DNA of 64,000 nucleotides from Clostridia bacterium (lineage in GTDB: Bacteria; Bacillota; Clostridia; Christensenellales; Borkfalkiaceae), in contig JAFTVF010000015.1 in the NCBI GenBank assembly GCA_017465865.1, positions 428-64,427 of the forward strand, in the 5' to 3' direction. Numbering within the stretch: the first letter of the stretch is position 1; every line of letters starts with the position of its first letter. The notes under the pieces are model-generated. The model made no database searches and had not been told where the DNA came from. It saw only the letters and a list, made by a program, of their open reading frames with translations. Positions 20,156 through 30,343 of the stretch are shown here, one piece after another. The position numbers and the translations under genes are program-made.

Positions 20156-20905
20156 ATGATTATCACCTCGAAAAACAATCCTTTGATCAAGGAAACGGCT
20201 TCGCTGAAAGAGAAAAAGGGCAGGAAAGAGCTGGGTATGTTTCTCGTCGAGGGCAGAAAAATGTCCCTCGAATGTGAGAAAAGCGATTTTGAGATCGAGT
20301 GCGCTTTCCTTTCCGAAACCTACGACGGCGAGCTTCCGCAAACGGCGGCGCGCACCGTGCGCGTTTCCGAGGACGTGCTCCGCTATCTTTCGGACGAAAA
20401 GACCCCGCAGGGTATCGTGTGCAGAGTGCGTATTCCCGATACGCGGCTTACCCCGCCCAAGGGCAGATGCCTGCTCCTTGACGGCGTGGCAGACCCCGGG
20501 AACGTAGGCACGATCCTGAGAACGGCGAACGCGGCGGGATACACGCAGGCGTATCTCACGAGCGATTGCGCCGACCCGTTTTCCCCGAAATCCGTCCGCG
20601 CGAGCATGAGCGGCGTGTTCTTTACGGAGATCTGCCGCGGAGAGCGGGAGGAGATATTGTCCGTTTTGAAAGGTACGCCCGTGATCGTTGCGGATATGAA
20701 CGGAAAGAACCTGTTCTCGTATACCGCGCCCGAGAAATTTGCGCTCGTCATCGGTAACGAGGGCAACGGCGTTTCGGAAACGGTAAGAAAGGCGGCGGCG
20801 GATACCGTACGTATTCCGATGCGAAAAACGCAGGAGAGCCTGAACGCGGCGGTTTCTGCGGGGATTATGATGTATTTCTTGCAAAGTAGCGAATTTTCAG
20901 AATAA
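20156..20905 (+). CDS. TrmH/SpoU-family RNA 2'-O-methyltransferase
   Basis: SpoU methylase motifs are present (LLLDGVADPGNVGTILRTA, LVIGNEGNGVS, ESLNAAVSAGI). Confidence 0.85.
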   Translation: MIITSKNNPLIKETASLKEKKGRKELGMFLVEGRKMSLECEKSDFEIECAFLSETYDGELPQTAARTVRVSEDVLRYLSDEKTPQGIVCRVRIPDTRLTPPKGRCLLLDGVADPGNVGTILRTANAAGYTQAYLTSDCADPFSPKSVRASMSGVFFTEICRGEREEILSVLKGTPVIVADMNGKNLFSYTAPEKFALVIGNEGNGVSETVRKAAADTVRIPMRKTQESLNAAVSAGIMMYFLQSSEFSE

Positions 20906-20922
20906 AAACAAGGAGAAAAGAC

Positions 20923-21717
20923 ATGTCAGGACATAGCAAATGGCACAACATACAGGCGAAAAAGGGTAAAGCGGACGCGGCGAAAGGCAGAATTTTTACC
21001 AAGCTCGGCAGAGAGATCGCGGTAGCGGCAAAGACCAACCCCAACCCCGAAACCAACAGCAAGCTCGCGGATATCATCGCGAAAGCAAAAGCGGCGAATA
21101 TGCCCAACGACAACATTCAGCGCAGTATCAAAAAAGCCTCGGGCGAAATGAGCGGCGCGGATTATAAAGAACTCACCTACGAGGGCTACGGCGTAGCAGG
21201 CTCGGCGGTGATTATCGTAACGCTGACGGACAATATCAACCGTACGGCGGGCGACGTCCGCGCGATTTTGGGCAAACACGGCGGTCAGCTCGGTCAGAAC
21301 GGCTGCGTATCCTACAACTTCGACAACAAGGGCTATATCGTCGTAGAAAGAACGGTGGAGCTGGACGAAGACACGATGACGGAGCTTGCTTTGGAGGCAG
21401 GCGCGGACGACGTAGTGGTCAGCGACGACGTATACGAGATCTTCACTGCGCCCGAAACGTTCTCGGAAGTCCGTAAATATCTCGAAGACAAGAACGCGGA
21501 AATGATGGCGGCTGCGCCCAAGACGAGAAGAAACGAAGAGGAAGAACCCAAGATCCGTTTCGTACAGGCGGAAGTGGCGATGATCCCGCAGAACAAGATC
21601 GCTCTGCCCGACGACAAGGTTGCGACGTTCGAAAAGATGATCGACGCGCTGGAAGAACACGACGACGTGCAGAACGTATATCACAACGTCGAGCTTCCCT
21701 ATGACGACGAGGAATAA
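20923..21717 (+). CDS. YebC/PmpR-family DNA-binding regulator
   Basis: MSGHSKWHNIQAKKGKADAAKG... is diagnostic of the YebC family. Confidence 0.9.
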   Translation: MSGHSKWHNIQAKKGKADAAKGRIFTKLGREIAVAAKTNPNPETNSKLADIIAKAKAANMPNDNIQRSIKKASGEMSGADYKELTYEGYGVAGSAVIIVTLTDNINRTAGDVRAILGKHGGQLGQNGCVSYNFDNKGYIVVERTVELDEDTMTELALEAGADDVVVSDDVYEIFTAPETFSEVRKYLEDKNAEMMAAAPKTRRNEEEEPKIRFVQAEVAMIPQNKIALPDDKVATFEKMIDALEEHDDVQNVYHNVELPYDDEE

Positions 21718-21745
21718 TCGAAATAGGGAAATTTTCTCAAAACGC

Positions 21746-21950
21746 TTGACAGCGGTTTTCGATTGTGATACAATAATACCAATAGTTCCCAATGAGGGAG
21801 TAGCAAGCGCGTGAGCGCGGCAAGTCAACATCCCTGACCGATTCGGTCTGGCTTGCCTTAAATTGCGAGACTCAGCGTATGCAAAGCCGTACAGGAGTTC
21901 TCGAAAAGGATTTTTACCGAGTACGGCACGCCGTATTCGGTTTTTTTCTT
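21746..21950 (+). promoter_or_regulatory. Promoter plus yybP-ykoY-like (Mn2+) riboswitch with terminator
   Basis: The promoter is TTGACA (21746), 17 nt, TACAAT. The leader contains GAGGGAGTAGC, GTCAAC, GGCTTG and GCGAGACTC, in the order of conserved yybP-ykoY elements. The terminator CCGAGTACGGC-ac-GCCGTATTCGG plus T7 lies at 21917-21947. Confidence 0.6.
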
Positions 21951-22005
21951 GGATGCGGTAGTAATTTTCTCAAAAAAGCAATAAAATAAAAAGAAAGGAG
22001 TATCT

Positions 22006-24672
22006 ATGAAACATTACAGCGCGGAAAAAGAAGAAGTTTTGCGCGAGCTTGGCAGTTCGCAGGCGACGGGCCTTACTGCCGAAGAAGCGCAACGCCGTTT
22101 GCTCGAAAACGGCAAAAACAAGCTCGCGGCGGCGAAGAAGAAATCCATCGTCCGCCGTTTCCTCGAACAGCTTGCCGATCCGATGATCATCATTCTCATC
22201 GTAGCAGCGGTGATCAGCGGCGTTTTGGGTATCATCGAGATCAAAAACGGCGGCGAGGGCGAATTTGTTGACGTCATTATCATTATGGCGGTCGTGCTCA
22301 TCAACGCGATCCTCGGCGTATTACAGGAAAGCAAAGCGGAAAAGGCGATCGAAGCCTTACAGGAAATGTCCGCGGCGACCTCAAAAGTCCTGCGCGACGG
22401 TAAAATTTTGATCGTACCCAGCGAAGATCTCGTCGTCGGCGACGTGGTATTGCTGGAAGCGGGCGATTCCGTACCCGCCGACGCGCGCGTGTTGGAAAGC
22501 GCGAGCTTGCAGGTAGAGGAAGCGGCGCTCACGGGCGAGTCCGTGCCCGTTACCAAGGTTACCGAAGCGATCGGGAGCAAGGACGGCAAGGACGTTACGC
22601 TGGGCGACAGAAAGAACATGGTATACATGGGCAGCGTCGTCGTATACGGTAGAGGCGTTGCTGTGGTTACCGCGACAGGTATGGCGACCGAAATGGGCAA
22701 GATCGCAGGCGCGCTCGCGCTCGCGCAAGAAGGCAAAACGCCCTTGCAGAAAAAGCTCGGTCAGCTCTCCAAAATCTTGACTTGGCTCGTGCTCGGTATC
22801 AGCGTGATCGTGTTCGGCGTACAACTGCTTCGCCATATCACCGATCTCAAATTCGATTTAGTGCTCGATTCGTTCATGATCGCGGTATCGCTGGCGGTTG
22901 CGGCGATCCCCGAGGGCTTGGCGGCGGTCGTTACCGTCGTGCTTTCGATCGGCGTTACGAATATGTCCAAGCGCAACGCGATCATTCGTAAACTGACCGC
23001 GGTAGAAACGCTCGGTTGCGCGCAGATCATCTGTTCGGATAAAACGGGTACGCTCACGCAGAACAAAATGACGGTCGTCAAGAGCTTTTGCGAGGATGAG
23101 AGCCGAGTTGCTTCGGGTATGGCGCTTTGTTCGGATGCGGAGATCGACGAGGACGGCGTGGTTACGGGCGAACCGACGGAAGCCGCGCTCGTTACTTGGG
23201 CGAATAAGCTGGGGCTGTCCAAGATCGGTTTGAAACAGCAAAATCCCCGTGTGAACGAATTGCCGTTCGATTCGGGCAGAAAAATGATGACGACTTTCCA
23301 CCCGCAGGGCGAGGGGTTCGTAGCCTATACCAAAGGCGCGCCCGACGTGGTGGTGGACAGATGCGCGTATTATCTTGAAAACGGCAAAGCCGTGCCCATG
23401 ACGGAGGAATACCGCGCGAAAATCCTTGCCGCGAACAAGGAAATGGCAGACGGCGCGTTGCGCGTTCTGGCTTGTGCGGAGCGGGTTTGGGAACAAATCC
23501 CCAAAGAACTTTCTTCGGATACGGTGGAAACGGAGCTGTGTTTCAGCGGGCTTTGCGGTATGATCGATCCCGTTCGTCCCGAGGTAAAAGACGCAATCGC
23601 GCAGTGCCGTGAAGCGGGGATTCGTCCGATCATGATCACGGGCGACCACGTGGATACGGCGGTAGCGATCGCAAAAGAGCTGGGTATTTTGGAAGAGGGC
23701 GTGCGCGCAATGACGGGCGCACAGCTCAACGAAATGGACGACGAAACGTTCGAGAAAGAATTTATGAGTATCGGCGTATACGCACGAGTACAGCCCGAGC
23801 ATAAAACGCGGATTGTCAACGCGTGGAAAAAAGCGGGATATATTACCGCCATGACGGGGGACGGCGTAAACGACGCACCCTCTATCAAATCCGCGGATAT
23901 CGGTGTGGGCATGGGTATCACGGGTACGGACGTAACCAAAAACGTCGCGGACATGGTGCTCGCGGACGACAATTTCGCCACTATCGTCGGTGCAGTCGAG
24001 GAAGGTCGGCGTATTTACGACAATATCCGTAAAGCCATTCAATTCCTACTCGCGTCGAATATGAGCGAGGTCATTTCTATCTTCGTGGCAACGCTGATGG
24101 GCTTTACCATTCTCCAACCCGTACACCTGTTGTGGATTAACCTCGTTACGGACACTTTCCCCGCGCTCGCCCTCGGCACGGAAAAAGCCGAACCCGACGT
24201 CATGAAACGGAAACCGCGTAATGCAAAGGCGGGCGTATTTGCCGACGGAATGGGTATAGACGTACTGTATCAGGGTATACTCGTTGCGATCCTCGTGCTC
24301 TTGTCCTATTTTATCGGCTATTATATGGAAATGGGCGTTTGGGGTATCGGAAACAGTTCGCACGGTACGACGATGGCGTTTTTGACCATGTCCATGGCGG
24401 AAATTTTCCACAGCTTTAATATGCGCTCGCAACGCAAGAGCCTGCTTTCTTTGAAGAAACAAAACAAACTGTTATGGCTTGCGGCGCTCGGCTCGTTCCT
24501 TTTGACTACGGTCGTATGCGAAGTGCCTTTCCTTGGCAACGCGTTCGGGTTTACGCACGTGAATTTCACCGAATACGCGATCGCGATTGTCGTCGGGTTC
24601 TGCGTCGTGCCTATCGTAGAACTTGTAAAACTCATACAGAGAAAGTATGGTAAAAAACAAAAAATCGACTAA
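22006..24672 (+). CDS. P-type cation-transporting ATPase (P2-type, Ca2+/Mn2+-like)
   Basis: Motifs TGES, CSDKTGTLT, MITGDH and TGDGVNDAPSIKSADIGV are present, with 10 TM segments. Confidence 0.9.
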   Translation: MKHYSAEKEEVLRELGSSQATGLTAEEAQRRLLENGKNKLAAAKKKSIVRRFLEQLADPMIIILIVAAVISGVLGIIEIKNGGEGEFVDVIIIMAVVLINAILGVLQESKAEKAIEALQEMSAATSKVLRDGKILIVPSEDLVVGDVVLLEAGDSVPADARVLESASLQVEEAALTGESVPVTKVTEAIGSKDGKDVTLGDRKNMVYMGSVVVYGRGVAVVTATGMATEMGKIAGALALAQEGKTPLQKKLGQLSKILTWLVLGISVIVFGVQLLRHITDLKFDLVLDSFMIAVSLAVAAIPEGLAAVVTVVLSIGVTNMSKRNAIIRKLTAVETLGCAQIICSDKTGTLTQNKMTVVKSFCEDESRVASGMALCSDAEIDEDGVVTGEPTEAALVTWANKLGLSKIGLKQQNPRVNELPFDSGRKMMTTFHPQGEGFVAYTKGAPDVVVDRCAYYLENGKAVPMTEEYRAKILAANKEMADGALRVLACAERVWEQIPKELSSDTVETELCFSGLCGMIDPVRPEVKDAIAQCREAGIRPIMITGDHVDTAVAIAKELGILEEGVRAMTGAQLNEMDDETFEKEFMSIGVYARVQPEHKTRIVNAWKKAGYITAMTGDGVNDAPSIKSADIGVGMGITGTDVTKNVADMVLADDNFATIVGAVEEGRRIYDNIRKAIQFLLASNMSEVISIFVATLMGFTILQPVHLLWINLVTDTFPALALGTEKAEPDVMKRKPRNAKAGVFADGMGIDVLYQGILVAILVLLSYFIGYYMEMGVWGIGNSSHGTTMAFLTMSMAEIFHSFNMRSQRKSLLSLKKQNKLLWLAALGSFLLTTVVCEVPFLGNAFGFTHVNFTEYAIAIVVGFCVVPIVELVKLIQRKYGKKQKID

Positions 24673-24720
24673 GCGTATAGCTGATTTTTGAAAAACGGGC
24701 ATACCAAGTATGCGACGAAT

Positions 24721-24755
24721 AAAAACGGACGAAAGCGGAATTTCGTCCGTTTTTG
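24721..24755 (+). terminator. Intrinsic terminator after ATPase gene
   Basis: AAAAACGGACGAAA-gcgga-ATTTCGTCCGTTTTT. Confidence 0.8.
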
Positions 24756-24911
24756 TCAAAATACGCGATAATTTCTGTGAAAAGTCGAGGATTTTTTTTG
24801 CCAAACCCTTGACCCCGACACGGGGATATGGTATAATAATGGGTGAAAAAGCTACGCTTTTTGAAAAATAGACGGATTCGGCTAAAAAACCGAACGGATA
24901 CGAGGTGTAAA

Positions 24912-26483
24912 ATGGCGGAAAGAAAAAAACACGAAGCCCCCAAAGCAGACGCGTTGTACCAATGGATCGCTTACGATCTCAAACGAATGAAATCGGAGAT
25001 TTTACAGGAGCTGAATTATTCTGCAATGCAGTTGGCGTCCCTGTACAATCAGCTTAAAAACGACGACGGGGAAACGTCGTCGGCGATCACGCAGGAGATA
25101 CGCTACGGTTATAGACAAAACCAGAGCATTTTCGAAACGCTTTCGGATTCCCTCGCCGCCGTGCAAGAAAAGGTCGGCGCGCTTGAAAATTTACAAAGCC
25201 TCGTATCGGAAGTAGAGGCCCTGAAAGAAAATTATCAGCAACTCTACGGTCTTTACGAAGAACTTTCTTCGCTGGGCTTGCAAACCGCGCCCCAAGAGAT
25301 CAAAGACGAGCTGTCCGAGGACGAGTATAAACGCATTTCGGAAATCGTTAAGGACAACGTGTTAGTATATAGCCGTCAGGTGCTCGCCGCCGTTGCGGCA
25401 ATCCCCGTTGCGGAGAACGTCGATTATACCCGTATCGTAGACGAGGTCGGCGACAGGCTTTTGGAAATTCTTACCGAGCTCAAAGCGTTGGAAGTGGAGG
25501 TCAAGAAACCAGCGCCCGTTGAAGTGGAAACGAAGATCGACTACGACCGCATTATCGGCGGTACGGTGGAAAAGGTCGTCGAGAGCTTCCCGTATACGGA
25601 AAAAATCGACTATGCGCGTATTTCGGCGAGCGCAGACAAGGCGGTTGCTACCGCGCTTGCCTCTATCGACGTTGACGGGCTGGCAAGTGCTGTTGCGGAA
25701 AAGGTTGTTGTTCCCGCCGCGCCCGAGATCGATTACGAACGGCTTTCCGATCTCGTTGTGGAAAAGCTGTCCGCCAAGGCAAAACAGACCTACGACGTAT
25801 TGCTTGACGACGAGGGGCTGGACGCGATTGCAACGAAGGTAGCGGAAAAGCTGTGCGCGCAATGCGTTTGTAGCAACGCGGAAGAGCCTATATCTGCGAC
25901 GGAGGACGCGTCCGCAGAAGACGAGCTTGCGGTGTCCGTCGTTCCCGCCGTGGAAGAACCGATTGCGCCGATAGGCACGGAGCTTGTGGAGCGCGTGAAA
26001 AAGAGCTTTACGGCGAAGATGAAACAGAGCGAGGACGACGTAAAGAAATATTACAGTGCTCTCAAAAACGCGCTGATTTCCTATCGTAAAATCAATTCCA
26101 ACGTTAGCTGGAACGGGGATAGATTTAATTTCGGACGGGATACGGTGGCGAAGATCACGATCGTTGGAAAAACGCTGTGTTTCTATCTCGCGCTTGATCC
26201 GAGCGCAGAGGAATTCAAGCAGACGGAATACCGCCAAAAAGACGTCGGAGCGCAGAAAAAACACGAGTCAACGCCGTTTATGGTAAAGGTCAAGAGCGAT
26301 CTGGGCACGAAGAAAGCGGTGCGCTTGATCGAGGCGCTCGCGCAAAAGCTCGGCACGGAAAAGGCAGACAGCTTCGCGCCTGTGGATTTCGTAGCGGAAT
26401 ACGGCTATGAAACGGACGAGGAATTAGAGGCGGCAGGACATATCAAACGTACGCAAGAAAAGAAAGTTGCTTTTGATTTTTAA
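24912..26483 (+). CDS. Hypothetical acidic protein with internal [IV]DYxR[IL] repeats
   Basis: The start MAERKK is preceded by GAGGTG. An upstream promoter reads TTGACC, 17 nt, TATAAT. Four repeats are visible (VDYTRIV, IDYDRII, IDYARIS, IDYERLS). No family was recognised. Confidence 0.6.
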   Translation: MAERKKHEAPKADALYQWIAYDLKRMKSEILQELNYSAMQLASLYNQLKNDDGETSSAITQEIRYGYRQNQSIFETLSDSLAAVQEKVGALENLQSLVSEVEALKENYQQLYGLYEELSSLGLQTAPQEIKDELSEDEYKRISEIVKDNVLVYSRQVLAAVAAIPVAENVDYTRIVDEVGDRLLEILTELKALEVEVKKPAPVEVETKIDYDRIIGGTVEKVVESFPYTEKIDYARISASADKAVATALASIDVDGLASAVAEKVVVPAAPEIDYERLSDLVVEKLSAKAKQTYDVLLDDEGLDAIATKVAEKLCAQCVCSNAEEPISATEDASAEDELAVSVVPAVEEPIAPIGTELVERVKKSFTAKMKQSEDDVKKYYSALKNALISYRKINSNVSWNGDRFNFGRDTVAKITIVGKTLCFYLALDPSAEEFKQTEYRQKDVGAQKKHESTPFMVKVKSDLGTKKAVRLIEALAQKLGTEKADSFAPVDFVAEYGYETDEELEAAGHIKRTQEKKVAFDF

Positions 26484-26552
26484 TCAGGCAAACCATAGAG
26501 AGAAAGAGAGCTGATGTCTACTTTTCGGCTCTCTATTTTATGAAGATGGGCG

Positions 26553-28478
26553 GTGAAGAAACCGCCGAGGAGAAGACAGAATAAGGTGAAAGAAAAAAGA
26601 CAAGACAAGCGTTTTATTCAAGAGGATAAGACCCCGCAAAGGGGACAAAGAAGAAGAAAAAGCAATCCCATGGGCACGGCGTTCGACGTGGCGATAGAGC
26701 CTGTAAAAACGGAGAAAAAGCCCCGCCGTAACCAAAAGACGGAGCAAACGTTCTCCGCTGCAACCGAACCGCCGAAAAAACGCATTTCGCATCCTCGGAA
26801 CGTAGAAACGGGGAAAGCGAAACGGAAAAAGCCCGTCAAGATCCTATTCTTGGGCGGTGTGGGCGAGATCGGTAAAAACATGACCGCGATTGAGTATGGT
26901 AACGATATAATCGTCGTGGACGCAGGACTGACCTTCCCCAACGGCGAAGATATGCCCGGGGTAGACTCCGTTGTGCCCGATATTACCTATCTGGCGCAGA
27001 ACAAAGACAAGATCCGCGGGGTATTGCTCACGCACGGGCACGAGGATCATATCGGCGGGATACCCTATCTTATGAAAGAGCTGAACCCCGATACCCCCAT
27101 TTACGCGACCAAGCTGACGCTCATGCTGACGGATAATAAATTGCAGGAAAGGCATATTCAAAACGTCTCGCAACGTGTGGTCGAACCGGGAGATACGGTG
27201 CGACTTGGCGTATTCGAGGTGGAATTTATCAACGTCAATCACTCCATTTCCGGTGCATGCGCGCTCGCGATTCGCACGCCGAATGGGCTCATTTACCACA
27301 GCGGGGATTTCAAAATCGATCTCACACCCGTAGCGGGCTCGCCTATCGATTTCAAGCGCATTGCAGAGCTTGGCAAAGAGGGCGTATTGCTGTATATGAG
27401 CGAATCGACGAATATCGAACGCGCGGGGTATACCATGAGCGAAACGGTTGTCGGCACGACGCTTGATCATTTGTTTTCGGAGAACGTCAACCGCCGTTTG
27501 ATTATCGCGACGTTCGCGTCCAACGTGCACAGATTACAACAGATCATCGATCTTGCGGTGAAATACCGCCGTAAAGTCGCGCTTTCGGGACGGAGCATGT
27601 TCAAGGTCGTAGACGCGGCGGTAAAAATCGGCGAATTGAAGATCCCCGAGGGGGTACTTATCGACGTAGAAAAGACAAAAAACCTGTTCGACGGCGAGCT
27701 TTTGATCGTTTCCACAGGCTCGCAGGGCGAGCCGATGAGCGCGCTTACGCGTATGGCGGCGGGCGATTTCAATAAAGTAACGATCGGGGAAAACGATACG
27801 ATCATTATTTCCGCAAACCCGATCCCAGGGAACGAAAAAATGATCTACCGCGTGATCAACAACCTGTATAAAAAGGGCGCGAGAGTGGTGTACGAGAGTT
27901 TGGAAAAAATCCACGTTTCGGGACACGCCTGTCAGGAAGAACACAAAATTTTGCACAGTCTGCTCAATCCCAAATTCTTTATCCCCGTCCACGGCGAATA
28001 TCGGCATTTGAAACGCCACGCGCAGCTTGCGGAGGCGCTCGGTATGCCCGAACGCAATATCCTTATCCCCGAGATCGGGAACTGCGCAGAACTGACGGAT
28101 AATGCCTTGAAATTAGGTGAAAATATCCAAGCGGGTACGCGGCTTATCGACGGCGAGGGTGTAGAGGATTACGGCACGAGCGAGGTCATGAAAGACCGCT
28201 TGAAAATGTCCGCGGACGGCGTATTTACCGTCGCGCTCGCGGCGGCGGGGAACTACGTGATCAACGACCCCGTGATCGAGGCGCACGGCTGCGTATTCGC
28301 CGAGGGCGAAACGGAAACGGAGCTTCGCGCGGTTGTAAAACGCGCGGTGGAGAGCTACGATTATGAGAGCGGGAACAAGGCGGAATTGTCCGTCGTCGTG
28401 CGGAAAGCACTGAAAAACTATTTCTATAAAAAGACGAAACAAGCGCCTTTGATCGTCGTGTCCGTTCTGGACGTATGA
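26553..28478 (+). CDS. rnj: Ribonuclease J with Lys/Arg-rich N-terminal extension (start codon uncertain)
   Basis: The metallo-beta-lactamase/beta-CASP core runs from KILFLGGVGEIGKNM and includes HGHEDHIGG. About 95 basic residues precede the core. Candidate starts are GTG 26553, GTG 26586 and ATG 26670. Confidence 0.85.
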   Translation: MKKPPRRRQNKVKEKRQDKRFIQEDKTPQRGQRRRKSNPMGTAFDVAIEPVKTEKKPRRNQKTEQTFSAATEPPKKRISHPRNVETGKAKRKKPVKILFLGGVGEIGKNMTAIEYGNDIIVVDAGLTFPNGEDMPGVDSVVPDITYLAQNKDKIRGVLLTHGHEDHIGGIPYLMKELNPDTPIYATKLTLMLTDNKLQERHIQNVSQRVVEPGDTVRLGVFEVEFINVNHSISGACALAIRTPNGLIYHSGDFKIDLTPVAGSPIDFKRIAELGKEGVLLYMSESTNIERAGYTMSETVVGTTLDHLFSENVNRRLIIATFASNVHRLQQIIDLAVKYRRKVALSGRSMFKVVDAAVKIGELKIPEGVLIDVEKTKNLFDGELLIVSTGSQGEPMSALTRMAAGDFNKVTIGENDTIIISANPIPGNEKMIYRVINNLYKKGARVVYESLEKIHVSGHACQEEHKILHSLLNPKFFIPVHGEYRHLKRHAQLAEALGMPERNILIPEIGNCAELTDNALKLGENIQAGTRLIDGEGVEDYGTSEVMKDRLKMSADGVFTVALAAAGNYVINDPVIEAHGCVFAEGETETELRAVVKRAVESYDYESGNKAELSVVVRKALKNYFYKKTKQAPLIVVSVLDV

Positions 28479-28488
28479 GAGAATACTG

Positions 28489-29118
28489 ATGAAATACACC
28501 GCGTCGCTGGTAAAACTGCATATAGACGAGCGTATCGCTAAAAAACGCGCGGAAGCGCTCGCACGCGGTATTCCCGTTGCCGACGAGGAAACGCTGAATT
28601 TTCTGCTCGTTACCTTGGCGATGACAAAGCCCGTGCGTATCCTCGAAATCGGTACGGCGGTGGGGCTGTCGTCTATCGCGATGCTCCAAGCGTGTAAAAA
28701 CGCCCGTTTAACGACGATCGAGCTGGAAGAAGAACGCTATCTCGAAGCGAAAGAAAATTTTAAGGAATTCGGCGTTGCGGAGCGCGTAACGGCGCACCTT
28801 GGCGACGCAGGCGAGATCCTTGCCATGATGGACGGGCAGTTCGATTTCGTGTTTTTGGACGGACCGAAAGCGCAGTACGAAAAATATCTTTTCGATTTGA
28901 AACGCCTGATGAAAAAAGGCGGGATACTCTTTGCCGACGACGTGCTGTTATACGGCTGGGTGAGCGGCGCAGAGCCGACCCCGCAAAAACGCCATTCCAT
29001 CGTGGACAAGCTCCGTTCGTACCTGCATACGGTAACGTCGGACGGGGATTTTATAACGTCGGTGCTGGATATCGGCGACGGCGTTGCGCTGTCCGTGTAC
29101 GAGGGCAAGGACGAGTGA
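28489..29118 (+). CDS. SAM-dependent O-methyltransferase, YrrM/TrmR-like
   Basis: Class I methyltransferase motif (ILEIGTAVGLSS) and O-methyltransferase family 3 architecture. It is adjacent to a U32 peptidase-family gene, as in the B. subtilis yrrM-yrrN-yrrO locus. Confidence 0.65.
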   Translation: MKYTASLVKLHIDERIAKKRAEALARGIPVADEETLNFLLVTLAMTKPVRILEIGTAVGLSSIAMLQACKNARLTTIELEEERYLEAKENFKEFGVAERVTAHLGDAGEILAMMDGQFDFVFLDGPKAQYEKYLFDLKRLMKKGGILFADDVLLYGWVSGAEPTPQKRHSIVDKLRSYLHTVTSDGDFITSVLDIGDGVALSVYEGKDE

Positions 29119-29137
29119 AAAACGAAAGAGGTATATA

Positions 29138-30337
29138 ATGAAAGCGGAACTTTTAGCCCCCGCGGGCAGTTATGCGAAACTGAAAACGGCGTTGCATTTC
29201 GGCGCGGACGCGGCGTATATCGGCGGGAAGAATTTTTCCTTACGCACCTTTGCGGACAATTTCACGGCGGACGAGCTGCGCTCAGCCGTTGATTTTGCGC
29301 ATACGCTCGGCAAAAAAGTATACGTAACGGCGAACGTCTTTGCGCGGAACGCCGATTTTTCCCTTTTGAAAGATTATTTCATCTATCTTGCGGAGATCGG
29401 CGCGGACGCGGCGATTATCAGCGACCCCGGCGCGGTGTATCTTGCCCGAACGGTCGCGCCGAGCCTGCCCGTGCACTTGTCCACGCAGGCGAATACCACG
29501 AATAAATACGCCGTCAAATTCTGGGCGGAGCGGGGCGTTTCGCGGGTGATCCTCGCGCGCGAGTTATCCATTCCCGAAATATCCGAAATCCACGAATTCG
29601 TGCCTGAAACGGAGCTGGAAGCGTTCGTGCACGGCGCAATGTGCATATCGTACAGCGGCAGATGCCTGCTTTCCGATTATCTGGACGGCCGCTCGTCCAA
29701 CCGCGGCGCGTGCGTGCAGTCCTGTCGTTGGCGGTACGAGGTCCGCGCGCTGAACGCGACGAACGGACAAAGCGAATGGCTGCCGATTGAAGAGGACGAT
29801 AGAGGTACGTATATTTTCAATAGTAAGGATCTGAATATGCTTTCTCAACTGCAAGCGTTGGAAAACGCGGGCGTAAGCTCGTTTAAGATCGAGGGCAGAA
29901 TGAAGAGCGGGTATTATCTGGCGACGGTCATCAACGCCTATCGTCGCGCGATGGACGGCGGGAGCGTAACCGCCTCGGAAAAAGAGCTTTGCAACGTCGC
30001 CCACCGCGAGTATACGCAGGCGTATGCGCTGGGGAAAAACGCGCAGACGGTGAACTACGCGGACAGTCAGTCCAAGGGCGAGTATACCTATATCGCGGAT
30101 ATCCACGGCTCGGAAAACGGGTATACCGTCGCGGAGATGCGTAACCGTTTCAAGCAGGGGGATTTGTTGGAAGTGCTCTCCCCCGACGGGAATTTCGGGA
30201 AAACGTTCGTAGCGGAAGAAATTCTCGACGGCAACGGCGAAAGAACGGACGATGCGAAACGGGTACAGGAACTGTATAAGATCAAATGCCCGTTCGACTT
30301 AAAAGCAGGGGATTATCTCCGTCGCAAAAACAGGTAA
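29138..30337 (+). CDS. Peptidase U32-family protein (TrhP/YrrO-like, tRNA ho5U pathway candidate)
   Basis: The MKAELLAPAGSYAKLKTALHFGADAAYIGG N-terminus and the EAFVHGAMCISYSGRCLLS motif are typical of the U32 family. The RBS is AAGAGGT. Confidence 0.8.
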   Translation: MKAELLAPAGSYAKLKTALHFGADAAYIGGKNFSLRTFADNFTADELRSAVDFAHTLGKKVYVTANVFARNADFSLLKDYFIYLAEIGADAAIISDPGAVYLARTVAPSLPVHLSTQANTTNKYAVKFWAERGVSRVILARELSIPEISEIHEFVPETELEAFVHGAMCISYSGRCLLSDYLDGRSSNRGACVQSCRWRYEVRALNATNGQSEWLPIEEDDRGTYIFNSKDLNMLSQLQALENAGVSSFKIEGRMKSGYYLATVINAYRRAMDGGSVTASEKELCNVAHREYTQAYALGKNAQTVNYADSQSKGEYTYIADIHGSENGYTVAEMRNRFKQGDLLEVLSPDGNFGKTFVAEEILDGNGERTDDAKRVQELYKIKCPFDLKAGDYLRRKNR

Positions 30338-30343
30338 GATGAT

